This document shows positions 48,361 through 58,748 of a DNA stretch of 64,000 bases, in pieces. Under the pieces are notes generated by a model, which did no database searches, was not told the DNA's origin, and saw only the letters and a program-made list of their open reading frames with translations. A program made the translations under genes and the position numbers. Each line of letters starts with the position of its first letter. Positions within the stretch are counted from its first letter, which is position 1. The DNA is from Bdellovibrionales bacterium (GTDB taxonomy: Bacteria; Bdellovibrionota; Bdellovibrionia; Bdellovibrionales; UBA1609): contig DAHVQG010000004.1 in NCBI GenBank assembly GCA_027317865.1, positions 96,001 through 160,000 on the forward strand, written 5' to 3'.

Positions 48361-50148
48361 TCATTTTTGACAGTTGAAGGTGTCCAGCGTATATGCGCCA
48401 TCCGAAGTTGGAAAACCTATGGCACCCTGATCCCAATAATATCGGCCGCTAAATTTTTGTAATTTTTGACTTCGATTAAAAGTTACATAATAGAATCTTC
48501 CATCTTTAGGTAATTTGACAACCGATCCATCGACCGCTTCAAATTTTTGGCCGTCACCCTTAAAAGTAGCGGCGGCAACTGTCCCAGATTTGTAAAACCA
48601 AGTTTGCAAGTTCACTTTGGCCGTTTTACCGCCCCCCGCGCTGAAGCACGCAATCGTTTGCGGAGAGATTTTTTTGCCATTGATAGTGACGGTCTGGCCC
48701 GGAGCTAAATATCCGATTCTGACACTTCCGTTCGGATAAAAGGACATGCGTCGAACTGGACTATGATTGATCCAAAAGCTATTATGTTGTGGAAAATTTG
48801 TCGTAAATTTCAGCCTTTGATTGCCGACTAGAAAAGTGCCGTCGGCAGCAAGAAAACCGCGCTTAATCGAGCTATTTTTATATAAACTAATATTGCCTAT
48901 AAAACTTCGATAACCGTTTCGGGTAGCAACCACAGCCGGCTTTTGCAAATCTAGATAACGGATTGTGCCGTCGGGATAGTATTCTATTTTCCCCTCATCA
49001 GGTACAGCAAACGACGCTCCGAAAGCGTGGATAGTTTGCGCCCCATCTAAAGTGACTGACTCAATTTGCCCATTCGGATAAACCATTACCGGGTCGCCGC
49101 TTGGGTTTCCTAGCCAAACATTTAAACCCGCGATCTTAGCCTTGTAACGTTGCGATAAGTATAATTCCAGTCCCGGCGGATAGGTTACGCTCCCGCGGGT
49201 TCCGCGGTATCCACTATCATATGCCTGTTTGGGATCATCGTCGTACACTGCCGATTTAACATGCTCAATGGTTTGCCCACTCCGTAGCGCAAAAGTCGGT
49301 AAAGCTATCTCACTAGGTGAAATATATGTTCTTCCATTGTTATAAACGTTTGGATCAGGAACCGTATATTCTGAATAGATAAGAGTTTTTGAATTATCGA
49401 GGCGCACTCTAAATTTTTGCCCAATACACCACGCAAGTCCCTTGGCCTTAACTGAAAACTTACAAACTCTGGGGCTTGGTACTTCTAAACCAGTTGCTTG
49501 AAGTGCCCTCACGTATTCGGCGGGGGTCATATTTTGCATGGCCGCCGAGCTGATGACAAAATTATAGTAGCGAGACCCATCAGATGATTGTTTGCCAATG
49601 CTCATAGCATACCGATAAATTACTTCATGCAATATGATGCCAGCCCGCGTGTGATTGGGCGCGTGAGCCCACACATCTTCGTTAACGAGATACCTTTTTT
49701 CGAGCGGCATGGGATTTCGAATTTGATAAACGAATTGCTCAAGCGAACATCCAGCCGGCGGATTGATCGCTTCATGATGATCCGTCGCAATAGTTTTAAT
49801 CATGGCTCTTGGCAGAAATTGAGCTTCACTCATAAAATGATTTGCGCCATTACTGATCCACTTTGCCGCCACAGGGTCAATTTTGGCGAGTCTTCGAAGC
49901 ACATAATGAACTTGGGTCATATAACCAACGTTATCGGGGAGCATCGCAAGAGGTAATCCCGTCAACGTTTCACCCTCAACATAATCAAGAAGTTCAACCG
50001 ATCTACCGGTATGGCAAACAAATGCGTCACCTCCACCACCTTCTTTGCCTGCGACGGCACCGCTCGCAAATGCCCGCGAGGCGATCAGAGCGCTCGTTGC
50101 AATGATCGCAAGTCCACTAAATAAGAAGCTATTTTTTATAACGCTCAT
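48361..50148 (-). CDS. Large secreted protein (GGGG motif, HExxY, beta-hairpin repeats)
   Basis: Signal peptide AFA, GKEGGGGD, LLDYVE and ILHEVIY; repeats YPNGQI, YYPDGTI, FYPNGSV and FYKSGTV. Confidence 0.75.
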   Translation of the reverse strand: MSVIKNSFLFSGLAIIATSALIASRAFASGAVAGKEGGGGDAFVCHTGRSVELLDYVEGETLTGLPLAMLPDNVGYMTQVHYVLRRLAKIDPVAAKWISNGANHFMSEAQFLPRAMIKTIATDHHEAINPPAGCSLEQFVYQIRNPMPLEKRYLVNEDVWAHAPNHTRAGIILHEVIYRYAMSIGKQSSDGSRYYNFVISSAAMQNMTPAEYVRALQATGLEVPSPRVCKFSVKAKGLAWCIGQKFRVRLDNSKTLIYSEYTVPDPNVYNNGRTYISPSEIALPTFALRSGQTIEHVKSAVYDDDPKQAYDSGYRGTRGSVTYPPGLELYLSQRYKAKIAGLNVWLGNPSGDPVMVYPNGQIESVTLDGAQTIHAFGASFAVPDEGKIEYYPDGTIRYLDLQKPAVVATRNGYRSFIGNISLYKNSSIKRGFLAADGTFLVGNQRLKFTTNFPQHNSFWINHSPVRRMSFYPNGSVRIGYLAPGQTVTINGKKISPQTIACFSAGGGKTAKVNLQTWFYKSGTVAAATFKGDGQKFEAVDGSVVKLPKDGRFYYVTFNRSQKLQKFSGRYYWDQGAIGFPTSDGAYTLDTFNCQK

Positions 50149-50149
50149 C

Positions 50150-50914
50150 TTAGTTCTCCTCCCTTGTCACGGGATAAAGTGAAATGGCCAAATTATAAAC
50201 TTGGGTTGGATTTTTATTTTTCTCTAAAAAGTGGCAAAGTTCGCGGCGAAATTTTTTAATTTTATCTATCGCTTGCGGTAAATCTTCTGGATGTGCCGCC
50301 ATGGTGATGGAGGTATGGTTACGAATATCAATGGGTAGTTCTTCAAGGGCGCGAATCGACATTTCAAGAATTTGCTTCTGAAGTTTCTTTGAGGCGCCAC
50401 TTGTGAGGTTGTCTGAAATATTGGTGGCAAGACCGGCGGCAGTTGTATCGCGCCACCGACCTCGCTTATCAATTTCAAGAAAACCGACTCGCATCAACCG
50501 GTCTATTGCAATCTGCGTTTCGGTCGGACTGATCCCGAGCGTTTTTGCGATACGGGCAATATTAGCCTTAAAACCCTTTGTTTTGATCAATTCAAGAATG
50601 GCATAGTGGTACCAATCCGAAATGATCGCATAAGTGTCGAGTGTAATTTGTTGAAATTCGTGGTGGTCAGAACCGTCACTCGGCCGACCGCTATGTTTAT
50701 TTTGAAACTTCTGTATTTTATCAAGCGACAAGCCCAGCGCGAGGCCCAAGCGTTCGCACATTTTAACCGTGAGCGGTCTTTTACCGCGTAAAATGCTCGA
50801 AAGCGGTGAGGCTTCGACGCCTAACGATCGAGCATAAGCCCGAAGTGAATACTTCGGGTTCTTACGACAGCGCTCAACAAAAGTCTCTTGAAGGAGGTCA
50901 CGAAAGGTTTGCAT
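50150..50914 (-). CDS. TIGR02147/DUF4423 family HTH protein (putative regulator)
   Basis: KNPKYSLRAYARSLG..S.LS.IL.GKR, ISDWYHYAILEL, IKKFR and VYNLAISLYP. Confidence 0.88.
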   Translation of the reverse strand: MQTFRDLLQETFVERCRKNPKYSLRAYARSLGVEASPLSSILRGKRPLTVKMCERLGLALGLSLDKIQKFQNKHSGRPSDGSDHHEFQQITLDTYAIISDWYHYAILELIKTKGFKANIARIAKTLGISPTETQIAIDRLMRVGFLEIDKRGRWRDTTAAGLATNISDNLTSGASKKLQKQILEMSIRALEELPIDIRNHTSITMAAHPEDLPQAIDKIKKFRRELCHFLEKNKNPTQVYNLAISLYPVTREEN

Positions 50915-50950
50915 GGAGCGAACAGTACTACAGTTACTAAAATCTCCATA

Positions 50951-50986
50951 AATAATTTGTCACAAACTGTGACAAATTATTGTCAC
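50951..50986. promoter_or_regulatory. Putative operator: perfect 14-bp-arm palindrome plus a third half-site
   Basis: AATAATTTGTCACA-AAC-TGTGACAAATTATT (50951-50981) overlaps GTGACAA-ATTA-TTGTCAC (50969-50986). Confidence 0.7.
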
Positions 50987-51069
50987 GGGTAAAATGTTCA
51001 AGGTGGGCAGACGGATTCCGGCCAAGTTCGGCACATGAAGGCGGTACCTAATCGCGGTGAGGAGCAAAT

Positions 51070-51285
51070 CTATTTTTCGATAATATCGTGACCTATAACC
51101 CGCACGATTTTTTGCCATCTATCTATGACAAATCCTGGATTGCTGGGATTACGCGATACCATAGTGTTCGCGATCAAAATGTAAATTCCAAGCCCTACAA
51201 GCAAAAGTAGAACATATTCCACCGCAATTTGACCCGATTGACCGAGCCGCCTCGGACGTTCGCTTTTGACATTCGCCCCTCGCAT
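51070..51285 (-). CDS. Flp/TadE-like small pilin
   Basis: Basic leader, G|QIAVEY class III cleavage motif (E+5, Y+6) and hydrophobic helix. Start uncertain. Confidence 0.72.
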   Translation of the reverse strand: MRGANVKSERPRRLGQSGQIAVEYVLLLLVGLGIYILIANTMVSRNPSNPGFVIDRWQKIVRVIGHDIIEK

Positions 51286-51301
51286 GTCTACAGTCGCGCG
51301 C

Positions 51302-51889
51302 ATGAAACGTGTTCTCACCATCATGAAAATTTCAGCAACTTTGCTCATCGTTCTTATTCTCGGTCTTTTATACTACAGTTCTAAAAAAGAAACCGCACAG
51401 CTTCATATGGTTATCAGGACGAACATCCCGAACGCGAGCCCGCCTTCAATGCGACATAAAGCTCTTGATATACCTCTGCCCATTGTTGGCCCGCATGGTC
51501 ACGTACACGAAATAAAAACCACAAAATGGCTCGGTAAAGTAGTTCATTTGGTTTTTTGGGCGCAGTGGTGCGAACCGTGCCGGATCGAGTTACCTGTGCT
51601 TGAAAAGGAGCAAGTTGAACATCGAAAAGACGTCCAAGTCGTCCTCATTGACGTCGACTCCCACGCCTCGGGCCGGATTGCCGCTGCCGAGCTTGCAAAA
51701 CAAGAAGCACCGGATATTCCGCTCGCCTTTGATAAAAGTGGAAGGCTTGAAATCACCTACAATATTCACGCCCTCCCCCTTCATGTGCTCATTGATCGCA
51801 AAGGTCGAATTGTAACGATGTTCACAAGCACAATTTATCATCGCCCGCAGTTTGAGCGGTTGCTTGATGAGCTCATTAGTGAAAAATAG
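51302..51889 (+). CDS. TlpA-family thiol-disulfide oxidoreductase
   Basis: N-terminal anchor, FWAQWCEPCRIELP and LP.HVLIDRKG. Confidence 0.88.
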   Translation: MKRVLTIMKISATLLIVLILGLLYYSSKKETAQLHMVIRTNIPNASPPSMRHKALDIPLPIVGPHGHVHEIKTTKWLGKVVHLVFWAQWCEPCRIELPVLEKEQVEHRKDVQVVLIDVDSHASGRIAAAELAKQEAPDIPLAFDKSGRLEITYNIHALPLHVLIDRKGRIVTMFTSTIYHRPQFERLLDELISEK

Positions 51890-51903
51890 TGACTAAAATT
51901 AAA

Positions 51904-52365
51904 TCAAATTTCAGCATCTGACGCCGAAACCAATTCCGTTTCATCGGCAATTTCGGCGACGATTTTATCCGATTGTTCCGCCAAAACGCGCGCGATCGAT
52001 TCAATGTGCGAATAAACGCGGTCCACATCGGCGTCCGTCAACGGTCCACGCACGCCGATCACATAATCAACCCCGAGCCGATCCACTCGCACCGATTCAG
52101 AATTTACCGTGTCGCTAAATGACATCGAAAATGCTTCGGCGGAGGGGTAAAGCATGACAAAAATATTCACGCCGGTGCGCCTGAATTTCTCGCGAATTTT
52201 TGCGTACAATTCTTGTAGCCTCTGTTGCGCGACAAAATATATTTTGAGCGCTTGAGGTTCTTGAAACTGCGCAAAGTAGATGCGAAGCGGTCCATCAAAG
52301 ATGGCGGCATTAAACGCGGGTGAATAAAATCGTGATTGAGCAAGAAAAGAAATTTGCGGTCGCAT
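51904..52365 (-). CDS. Hypothetical protein
   Basis: Clean 153-aa ORF with AGGAG RBS; YSPAFNAAIFDGPLRIYF motif; function unknown. Confidence 0.7.
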   Translation of the reverse strand: MRPQISFLAQSRFYSPAFNAAIFDGPLRIYFAQFQEPQALKIYFVAQQRLQELYAKIREKFRRTGVNIFVMLYPSAEAFSMSFSDTVNSESVRVDRLGVDYVIGVRGPLTDADVDRVYSHIESIARVLAEQSDKIVAEIADETELVSASDAEI

Positions 52366-52473
52366 GTTGGGCTCCTAGTTATTGAACGACGATGCCGTGA
52401 AACAATGAAGTCTCCCCACAGCCATAGCCTAGAAAACCTTTTTCACAGTTTGCAACAAAAATCTTTTAGCGGG

Positions 52474-53772
52474 CTAGAACCGTATTGGTTTGCCCTTACA
52501 ATATGTCTGTTTAACGGGGTGGTATCCCACTTCGTAAAATAAACGGCGCCAATTTTCGTTTAAAACAACGAAGTCAGCGCTGAAATCTGACATTAGAGCC
52601 CCGATTTGATGATGAAGACCCAGCGCGCGAGCCGCATTGTAGGTCCAAGCCGATAAAACTTCGGGTTGAGACATGCGCATTTCAAGTCGCGCCAGCACGC
52701 CGATGAGCGAAAGATCGAGCGTGGGTGACGTCCCAGGATTATAATCAGTCGCCAAAGCAACCCGAGCCCCAGCATCGATAAGCATACGCGCCGAAGGGTA
52801 TTTCATCTTTAAATAAAAGTCGCTGGAGGGCAACAGTACGCTCACGGCGTCCGATTGTGCCAAATCTTGGACGTCGGCATTCGAGATTTGTACACAGTGA
52901 TCCACAGACTGCGCGCCGAGCTTAGCCAGTTCGCGGCTTGCGCCGGTTCGGGTTAGTTGATCGGCGTGGGCCGAAACAGCAAAACCTAATTCTTGGGCTC
53001 GTTTGACGTACTCGCGCGCTTCGGTAAGTGAATAATAATTCTCTTCAACGAAAATATCCACGCGCTCAGCCAATTTTTTCGCTTTAACTTTAAGGAGAGT
53101 ACTGGTGACGATTTCACGAAAGTACTCGTCTTTATTCATCCCCGGCGGCGGCGCATGCGGGCCCAAATAGGTGGCAATGATTCGAGCCGTTGTCTTGGCC
53201 TTTAGGCGCTTGATGACTTCTAATATTCGAATCTCGTCATGTTCACAAAGACCGTACCCACTTTTTATTTCAACAGTTGTCACACCTTGAACCAAATGCC
53301 GGCGCAATCGTTCTTCAGCGAGCTTAACAAGCTGTTTGGTCGAGGTTTCACGGGTTTGTTGAACAGTGTAACGAATGCCCCCGCCTTTAGCGGCAATTTC
53401 CTGATAAGTCGCACCTTGGTTTCGAAGTTCAAATTCATGAGCGCGATCGCCAGCAAAAACAAGGTGCGTGTGGCAGTCAATAAAGGCTGGCATGACCGTT
53501 GGGGCATGCAGTTTGACTTCACGAACTTTGGACGTTGTATGCGTTTTCGCAAGGGTTCTTAGTGCCGATCGGACTTGACGGCGTGGCCCGACCCATAAAA
53601 TTTGGCTGTCACCGCTCCGGCGCGATTCGCCTTTCGTAAAACTGTTGCGATTCCCGGCAATCATCGCAGCATCGCGAATTATGCCCAAATCTTCTTCACG
53701 AGGGCGGCGTCCGTCTTTTGCCACCACCCCCGAAAAAGTGAGTAGTTCTTCAATGTGCGTGTAAAGGGTCAC
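52474..53772 (-). CDS. hutI: Imidazolonepropionase
   Basis: DCHTHLVFAGDRAHEF, EIKSGYGL, HADQL and ATDYNPGTSP. Confidence 0.95.
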   Translation of the reverse strand: MTLYTHIEELLTFSGVVAKDGRRPREEDLGIIRDAAMIAGNRNSFTKGESRRSGDSQILWVGPRRQVRSALRTLAKTHTTSKVREVKLHAPTVMPAFIDCHTHLVFAGDRAHEFELRNQGATYQEIAAKGGGIRYTVQQTRETSTKQLVKLAEERLRRHLVQGVTTVEIKSGYGLCEHDEIRILEVIKRLKAKTTARIIATYLGPHAPPPGMNKDEYFREIVTSTLLKVKAKKLAERVDIFVEENYYSLTEAREYVKRAQELGFAVSAHADQLTRTGASRELAKLGAQSVDHCVQISNADVQDLAQSDAVSVLLPSSDFYLKMKYPSARMLIDAGARVALATDYNPGTSPTLDLSLIGVLARLEMRMSQPEVLSAWTYNAARALGLHHQIGALMSDFSADFVVLNENWRRLFYEVGYHPVKQTYCKGKPIRF

Positions 53773-53786
53773 GTTCTCACCTCGTT

Positions 53787-54770
53787 TTATTCGATGACGG
53801 CGCCGCTCTTATCCGTTTCTTGGCTTCGATAAAATTCATAAATAATCCCGGCATAAAAGCTTTGGTTTTGTATGGAGCGCATAAGAGGGCTTCTACGATT
53901 AGCGGAGCCGGCAAAAAACGAACTATCAACGCCGCAAAAATAGAGAAATCGACTTTTTGACGAAGGCGCATGATGATAAGTGAATCCGACGTAATCATAC
54001 ATATAACCAGGCTCAGCCGAATAAGCTGGCCGACTCGGAGTCGCATACTGAGGTTCTACATCGTAAAAATAACGAGTCAGCTCGCTCGTCCCCCAAAGTG
54101 CTCCGTAATAGGCGACAATTGTTCCGTGTGGATCAAATCCTAAACCATGCGAAAAAACCAATTCAGGATTAAAATCAAATCCGCGGCCATCAATTTGCGT
54201 AAAATCCGTCGACATCACCCATCGCACTGGTAACGAAAAATTGAGGGTCATTCGAGGTTTGTGAATGAGGTGAATCAAAACACGCGGACCAAATTCGCCC
54301 ATCCAATCGAGATTGGGCATGCCTTGACGAGCCTGATCATCAGCGCTGTTAACCGGAAAAGACCCCGCAACGCTGGCATCGATATCAAGTTCCGTACTGT
54401 TCAAAAATACACCGCGAAGATTTCCGTTTTGGTCCGCACGTAAAAAATTACCGCGATATATGAAATACGGGACGGGTAACCACACGTAGTGCATTTGATC
54501 GGCGCCAGGATAATCATCGAGTAGCGCGCTTGAAACTCCGACACCCATTTCAAGCTTCGGTAGCGGCTTTTGCCCCCCGCTTCTGGCCCGGATGTTTGCC
54601 AAACTCAAACCCGTCATTGCGTCTTGGGTACTCGCGGTCAATCGGCTCGGGGCCTGGGCGTTAGCGTAACAGCAATAGCCGATATTTATTGCCAATAGTA
54701 CAACTGCTGCGATTAGACCCAATATTTTTTTCGCAACCTTGACCTGAGCGCAATCCATGCGCACCGCCAT
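53787..54770 (-). CDS. MipA/OmpV-family outer membrane protein
   Basis: DYPGADQ...PVPYFIYRG, RQGMPNLD, YFYDV, RPAYSA, N..SPL and terminal aromatic YEF. Confidence 0.78.
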   Translation of the reverse strand: MAVRMDCAQVKVAKKILGLIAAVVLLAINIGYCCYANAQAPSRLTASTQDAMTGLSLANIRARSGGQKPLPKLEMGVGVSSALLDDYPGADQMHYVWLPVPYFIYRGNFLRADQNGNLRGVFLNSTELDIDASVAGSFPVNSADDQARQGMPNLDWMGEFGPRVLIHLIHKPRMTLNFSLPVRWVMSTDFTQIDGRGFDFNPELVFSHGLGFDPHGTIVAYYGALWGTSELTRYFYDVEPQYATPSRPAYSAEPGYMYDYVGFTYHHAPSSKSRFLYFCGVDSSFFAGSANRRSPLMRSIQNQSFYAGIIYEFYRSQETDKSGAVIE

Positions 54771-54803
54771 TTATCCCCCAAGCTCAATCGAAATCAAATT
54801 TTA

Positions 54804-56513
54804 TTAAATCCATGGAGATTTTACGCCGCGTTCACGCCCTACTTGTATTGCTTTTTCATATCCCGCATCAATATGACGAAATAATCCCGTCGCCGGGTCA
54901 GCTGTCAGCACACGATCGAGTCGCGCATCAGCTGCTTTCGATCCGTCCGCAACTATCACCTGCCCCGCGTGAAGACTGTATCCAATACCCACACCGCCAC
55001 CGTGATGAAAACTCACCCATGAAGCTCCACACGCCGTATTTACAAGTGCATTGAGAATGGGCCAATCGGCAACGGCATCGGTACCGTCTTTCATAGCTTC
55101 TGTCTCACGATACGGAGAGGCCACCGACCCGCAGTCAAGATGATCACGACCGATCACGATTGGGGCCTTCACTTTTTTTGTTCGCACAAGTTCGTTGAAT
55201 TTTAAACCCGCTTTGGTACGTTCGCCGTATTCAAGCCAACAAATCCGTGCCGGCAAACCTTGAAATGCAATCCGTTTCTCGGCGTTATCGAGCCAAGTAA
55301 GCAATGCTTTTTTCTGCGGAAAAAGCTCGCGAAGCGCATCGTCTGTCACTTGTATGTCATGCGGATCGCCCGAAAGCGCCACCCAACGGAAAGGGCCGCT
55401 CCCTAAGCAAAAAAGCGGACGAATGTACTCCGGCACAAATCCAGGAATATCAAAGGCCTTGACCACTCCTTCTTCTTTAGCGACCGCGCGTATGTTATTG
55501 CCATAGTCAAAAGTCACGGCTCCCGCGTTTTGCATGGCGAGCATACCTTCAACGTGTTTAGCAATACTCGCGCGAGACTTCTTCAGATAAGATTTGGGAT
55601 CATCTGTGCGCAGTTTAGCCGCTTCGGCCATCGAATAACCTTCAGGAATATACCCACGAAGTGGGTCATGCGCCGAAGTCTGATCGGTGAGCAAATCGGG
55701 GTGAAATCCACGCTTGTAAAGCTCGTGAATGACGGTGGCCATATTGCCAAGAAGGGCCACCGATCGCGGCGTTTTCGTTTTTTTATAATTTTCAACACGG
55801 GCAATGGCATCGTCGATATTTTCGGCCACTTCATCAACGTATTTTGTTTCAACCCGGCGGCGAATACGCTCTGGGTCAACTTCAACCGCTAACACCGCCG
55901 CGCCCGCAAAAACTCCGGCCAATGGTTGCGCACCACCCATTCCACCAAGGCCTGCCGTTAAAATACTACGCCCAAGAAGCGTGCGGCCGTCGCTTGCACT
56001 GTTTGAACTTTCGCCCGCTGTATTGGTGGCGCCAAAGTGCTTACGCCCAGCTTCGGCAAAGGTTTCGTATGTGCCTTGAATGATTCCTTGAGTGCCAATG
56101 TAAATCCAGGAGCCCGCTGTCATTTGTCCGAACATCATGAGCCCGCGCCGGTCGAGTTCATCAAAATGTTCCCAAGTAGCCCATTTACCAACGAGATTCG
56201 AATTGGCGATGAGAACCCGCGGCGCATCGGGGTGAGTTTTTACCACTCCCACCGGTTTACCCGACTGAATCAGAAGAGTTTCATCGTCGTTCAACTCTTG
56301 CAACGTTTCTAATATTTTATCAAAACAAGGCCAGTTGCGCGCCGCTTTGCCGCGTCCACCATACACAATCAATTCTTCGGGGTGCTCAGCCACATTCGGA
56401 TCGAGATTATTTTGAATCATCCGAAACGCCGCTTCTTGAATCCAGCCTTTGCAATGTAGATCCGTGCCGGTCGGCGCCCGAACAATGCGCGCGCGGCCCT
56501 TTTCTTTTACCAT
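54804..56513 (-). CDS. hutU: Urocanate hydratase
   Basis: [45 protein letters not shown] and HHGGGVG. Confidence 0.98.
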   Translation of the reverse strand: MVKEKGRARIVRAPTGTDLHCKGWIQEAAFRMIQNNLDPNVAEHPEELIVYGGRGKAARNWPCFDKILETLQELNDDETLLIQSGKPVGVVKTHPDAPRVLIANSNLVGKWATWEHFDELDRRGLMMFGQMTAGSWIYIGTQGIIQGTYETFAEAGRKHFGATNTAGESSNSASDGRTLLGRSILTAGLGGMGGAQPLAGVFAGAAVLAVEVDPERIRRRVETKYVDEVAENIDDAIARVENYKKTKTPRSVALLGNMATVIHELYKRGFHPDLLTDQTSAHDPLRGYIPEGYSMAEAAKLRTDDPKSYLKKSRASIAKHVEGMLAMQNAGAVTFDYGNNIRAVAKEEGVVKAFDIPGFVPEYIRPLFCLGSGPFRWVALSGDPHDIQVTDDALRELFPQKKALLTWLDNAEKRIAFQGLPARICWLEYGERTKAGLKFNELVRTKKVKAPIVIGRDHLDCGSVASPYRETEAMKDGTDAVADWPILNALVNTACGASWVSFHHGGGVGIGYSLHAGQVIVADGSKAADARLDRVLTADPATGLFRHIDAGYEKAIQVGRERGVKSPWI

Positions 56514-58072
56514 TCGAGTTCCCCTATTTTTTGTGTCGCAAGAGTCAGTAATTCGCCGGATGCAATATGATGGCGGATGGTTTCGACGTCTTTTGCGAAC
56601 ACACGATCGACTTTGGCGAGTGGCACGTACCGCTCCAACCGGTCAAACGCGACCGCGACGGCGCCTGACGGGCGTAATGGCTTCAGCAGCGAAAGTGCTT
56701 GCATGGAACACAACATTTCCATCGCCAAAATATTTTCGAGATTATCGACGACCTTGCGAAGTTTTCGTGCGGCAATCGTCCCCATGCTGACGTGGTCTTC
56801 TTTATCAACAGATGTTGGGATGCTATCAACCGACGCCGGATGCGTGTGAATTTTATTTTCACTGACTAACGCGGCGGCTGCGACTTGCACGATCATCATT
56901 CCCGAATTTAAACCGCCGTCGACCGCCAAAAACGCAGGCAAACGGCTGAAGTTGGGATTGATAAGCTTAGAAATTCGGCACTCGCTCATGCTGCCGATCG
57001 CGGCCAGAGCGATCGCAAGGTAATCAAGTTGAAAAGCAACCGGTTCGCCATGAAAATTCCCACATGAGAGCACCTTGCCATCTTTGGCAAACACAAGCGG
57101 ATTATCGGTGCTCGAATTGGCTTCGATTTCTAGGGTTTCAATCGCGCGGCGAAGGCTGTCTTTCACCGCTCCATGAACAGCCGGCATGCAGCGAAGTGAG
57201 TACGCATCTTGCACGCGATCACAGTTTTCGTGGCTCTTTGAGATTTCTGAAGTTTCGCCGAGTATACGCAAGAGGTTGCGGGCGGTTTTGCGCTCACCGG
57301 CATGCGGCCTTGTTTCAGAAATGAGCGGATCAAATGCAGACCGCGAACCACGTAAAGCTTCAAGACTCATGGCCCCTGAAACATCGGCTTGCAAGACAAG
57401 ATTGCGCGCCCGATGAGCGGCAAGTAATCCCACTGCCGTCATAACCTGACAGCCATTAATGAGCGACAAGCCCTCTTTGGCTTTAAGTTTAAGCGGCTCT
57501 AAGTTATGCGACTTCAAAACTTCGAGCGTATTTTGACGAGTGCCGCTCGGTGACCACACTTCACCTTCGCCAATTAACGACAACGCCAAATGCGCGAGCG
57601 GAGCAAGGTCACCGCTAGCTCCCACACTGCCTTGCGATGGAATCACGGGAATAATATCATGATTTAAAAACTCGATAATTTTTCCGACGACCTCAACTCT
57701 CACGCCACTATGGCCGCGCGCAAGCGTATTGGCCCGCAAAAACATTATGGCCCGGCTTTCAGCGCGCGTAAACGGCTCGCCCACCCCGACGCAGTGAGAG
57801 TGTATTAAATTTTTTTGTAAATTTTCAATATCCGCGTCCGAAATGCGCACCGAACTGAATGCGCCAAATCCCGTGTTCACTCCATAAATGATTTCGCCCT
57901 TTGTAATCGCTTTTTCAATGAAATCACGAGAGGTCTGCATGCGCGCACGGGCGCTGTCTGAAAGTTGCACGTGCTCGCCCCGCCACGCGGCCACCGCTTC
58001 GCCCGCAGCTTCAGCACCAGCCACCTTCCAAACTTCATCAATTGTTACACCTTCGCCCGTAATTTCGATCAT
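56507..58072 (-). CDS. hutH: Histidine ammonia-lyase
   Basis: [17 protein letters not shown] (MIO-forming ASG), [13 protein letters not shown] and EDHVSMG. Confidence 0.97.
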   Translation of the reverse strand: MIEITGEGVTIDEVWKVAGAEAAGEAVAAWRGEHVQLSDSARARMQTSRDFIEKAITKGEIIYGVNTGFGAFSSVRISDADIENLQKNLIHSHCVGVGEPFTRAESRAIMFLRANTLARGHSGVRVEVVGKIIEFLNHDIIPVIPSQGSVGASGDLAPLAHLALSLIGEGEVWSPSGTRQNTLEVLKSHNLEPLKLKAKEGLSLINGCQVMTAVGLLAAHRARNLVLQADVSGAMSLEALRGSRSAFDPLISETRPHAGERKTARNLLRILGETSEISKSHENCDRVQDAYSLRCMPAVHGAVKDSLRRAIETLEIEANSSTDNPLVFAKDGKVLSCGNFHGEPVAFQLDYLAIALAAIGSMSECRISKLINPNFSRLPAFLAVDGGLNSGMMIVQVAAAALVSENKIHTHPASVDSIPTSVDKEDHVSMGTIAARKLRKVVDNLENILAMEMLCSMQALSLLKPLRPSGAVAVAFDRLERYVPLAKVDRVFAKDVETIRHHIASGELLTLATQKIGELEW

Positions 58073-58082
58073 AAAATTTCGA

Positions 58083-58748
58083 TCACAATTCTTGCTTTGC
58101 CGCCTTTAGCTTTGCAATCGCCTCTCTATAGTCGCGGCTAAATATATAATGTCCGGCTACCAGCACATCCGCCAAGCGACATTGCGTAGCGGTGTCAGCG
58201 TTGATACCGCCGTCGACCTCGATTAGGGCCTTCGAGCCGATTCGGTTTAACTCCGCTCGAATCGCCGCAATCTTACCCACCTGTTCAAACATAAAAGTTT
58301 GCCCGCCAAAACCGGGGTTCACCGTCATAATGAGAATTAAATCCGTTTTTGACAGGTATGGAAAAATCTTTTCAACCGCTGTCGCAGGACGCAAAGTCAG
58401 ACCAGCTTTGCACCCAGCGGCGCGAATGGTTTCAAGGCAACCGTCAACCTCGTCGGTCGATTCAACATGGATGGTAATAAGGTCACTGCCCGCATTTATG
58501 AACTCTTTTAGCCATTTTTCAGGGCGTTCGATCATCAAATGGACGTCCAACGGCTTCTTTGTGCAGGACCGCAAACTTTTGATCACGGGCGCGCCAATAG
58601 TTAAATTGGGCACGAAATGACCGTCCATCACGTCGATATGCAGCCAATCAGCGCCCGCGTTTTCAACGGCACTAATTTCTTCGGAGAGCCGCGAAAAATC
58701 GGCCGATAATAAACTTGGAGCAATCAAAAATTCATTCAACTCGATCAC
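58083..58748 (-). CDS. rpe: Ribulose-phosphate 3-epimerase
   Basis: IAPSLLSADF, HIDVMDGHFVPN, MTVNPGFGGQ and VDGG. Confidence 0.97.
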   Translation of the reverse strand: MIELNEFLIAPSLLSADFSRLSEEISAVENAGADWLHIDVMDGHFVPNLTIGAPVIKSLRSCTKKPLDVHLMIERPEKWLKEFINAGSDLITIHVESTDEVDGCLETIRAAGCKAGLTLRPATAVEKIFPYLSKTDLILIMTVNPGFGGQTFMFEQVGKIAAIRAELNRIGSKALIEVDGGINADTATQCRLADVLVAGHYIFSRDYREAIAKLKAAKQEL

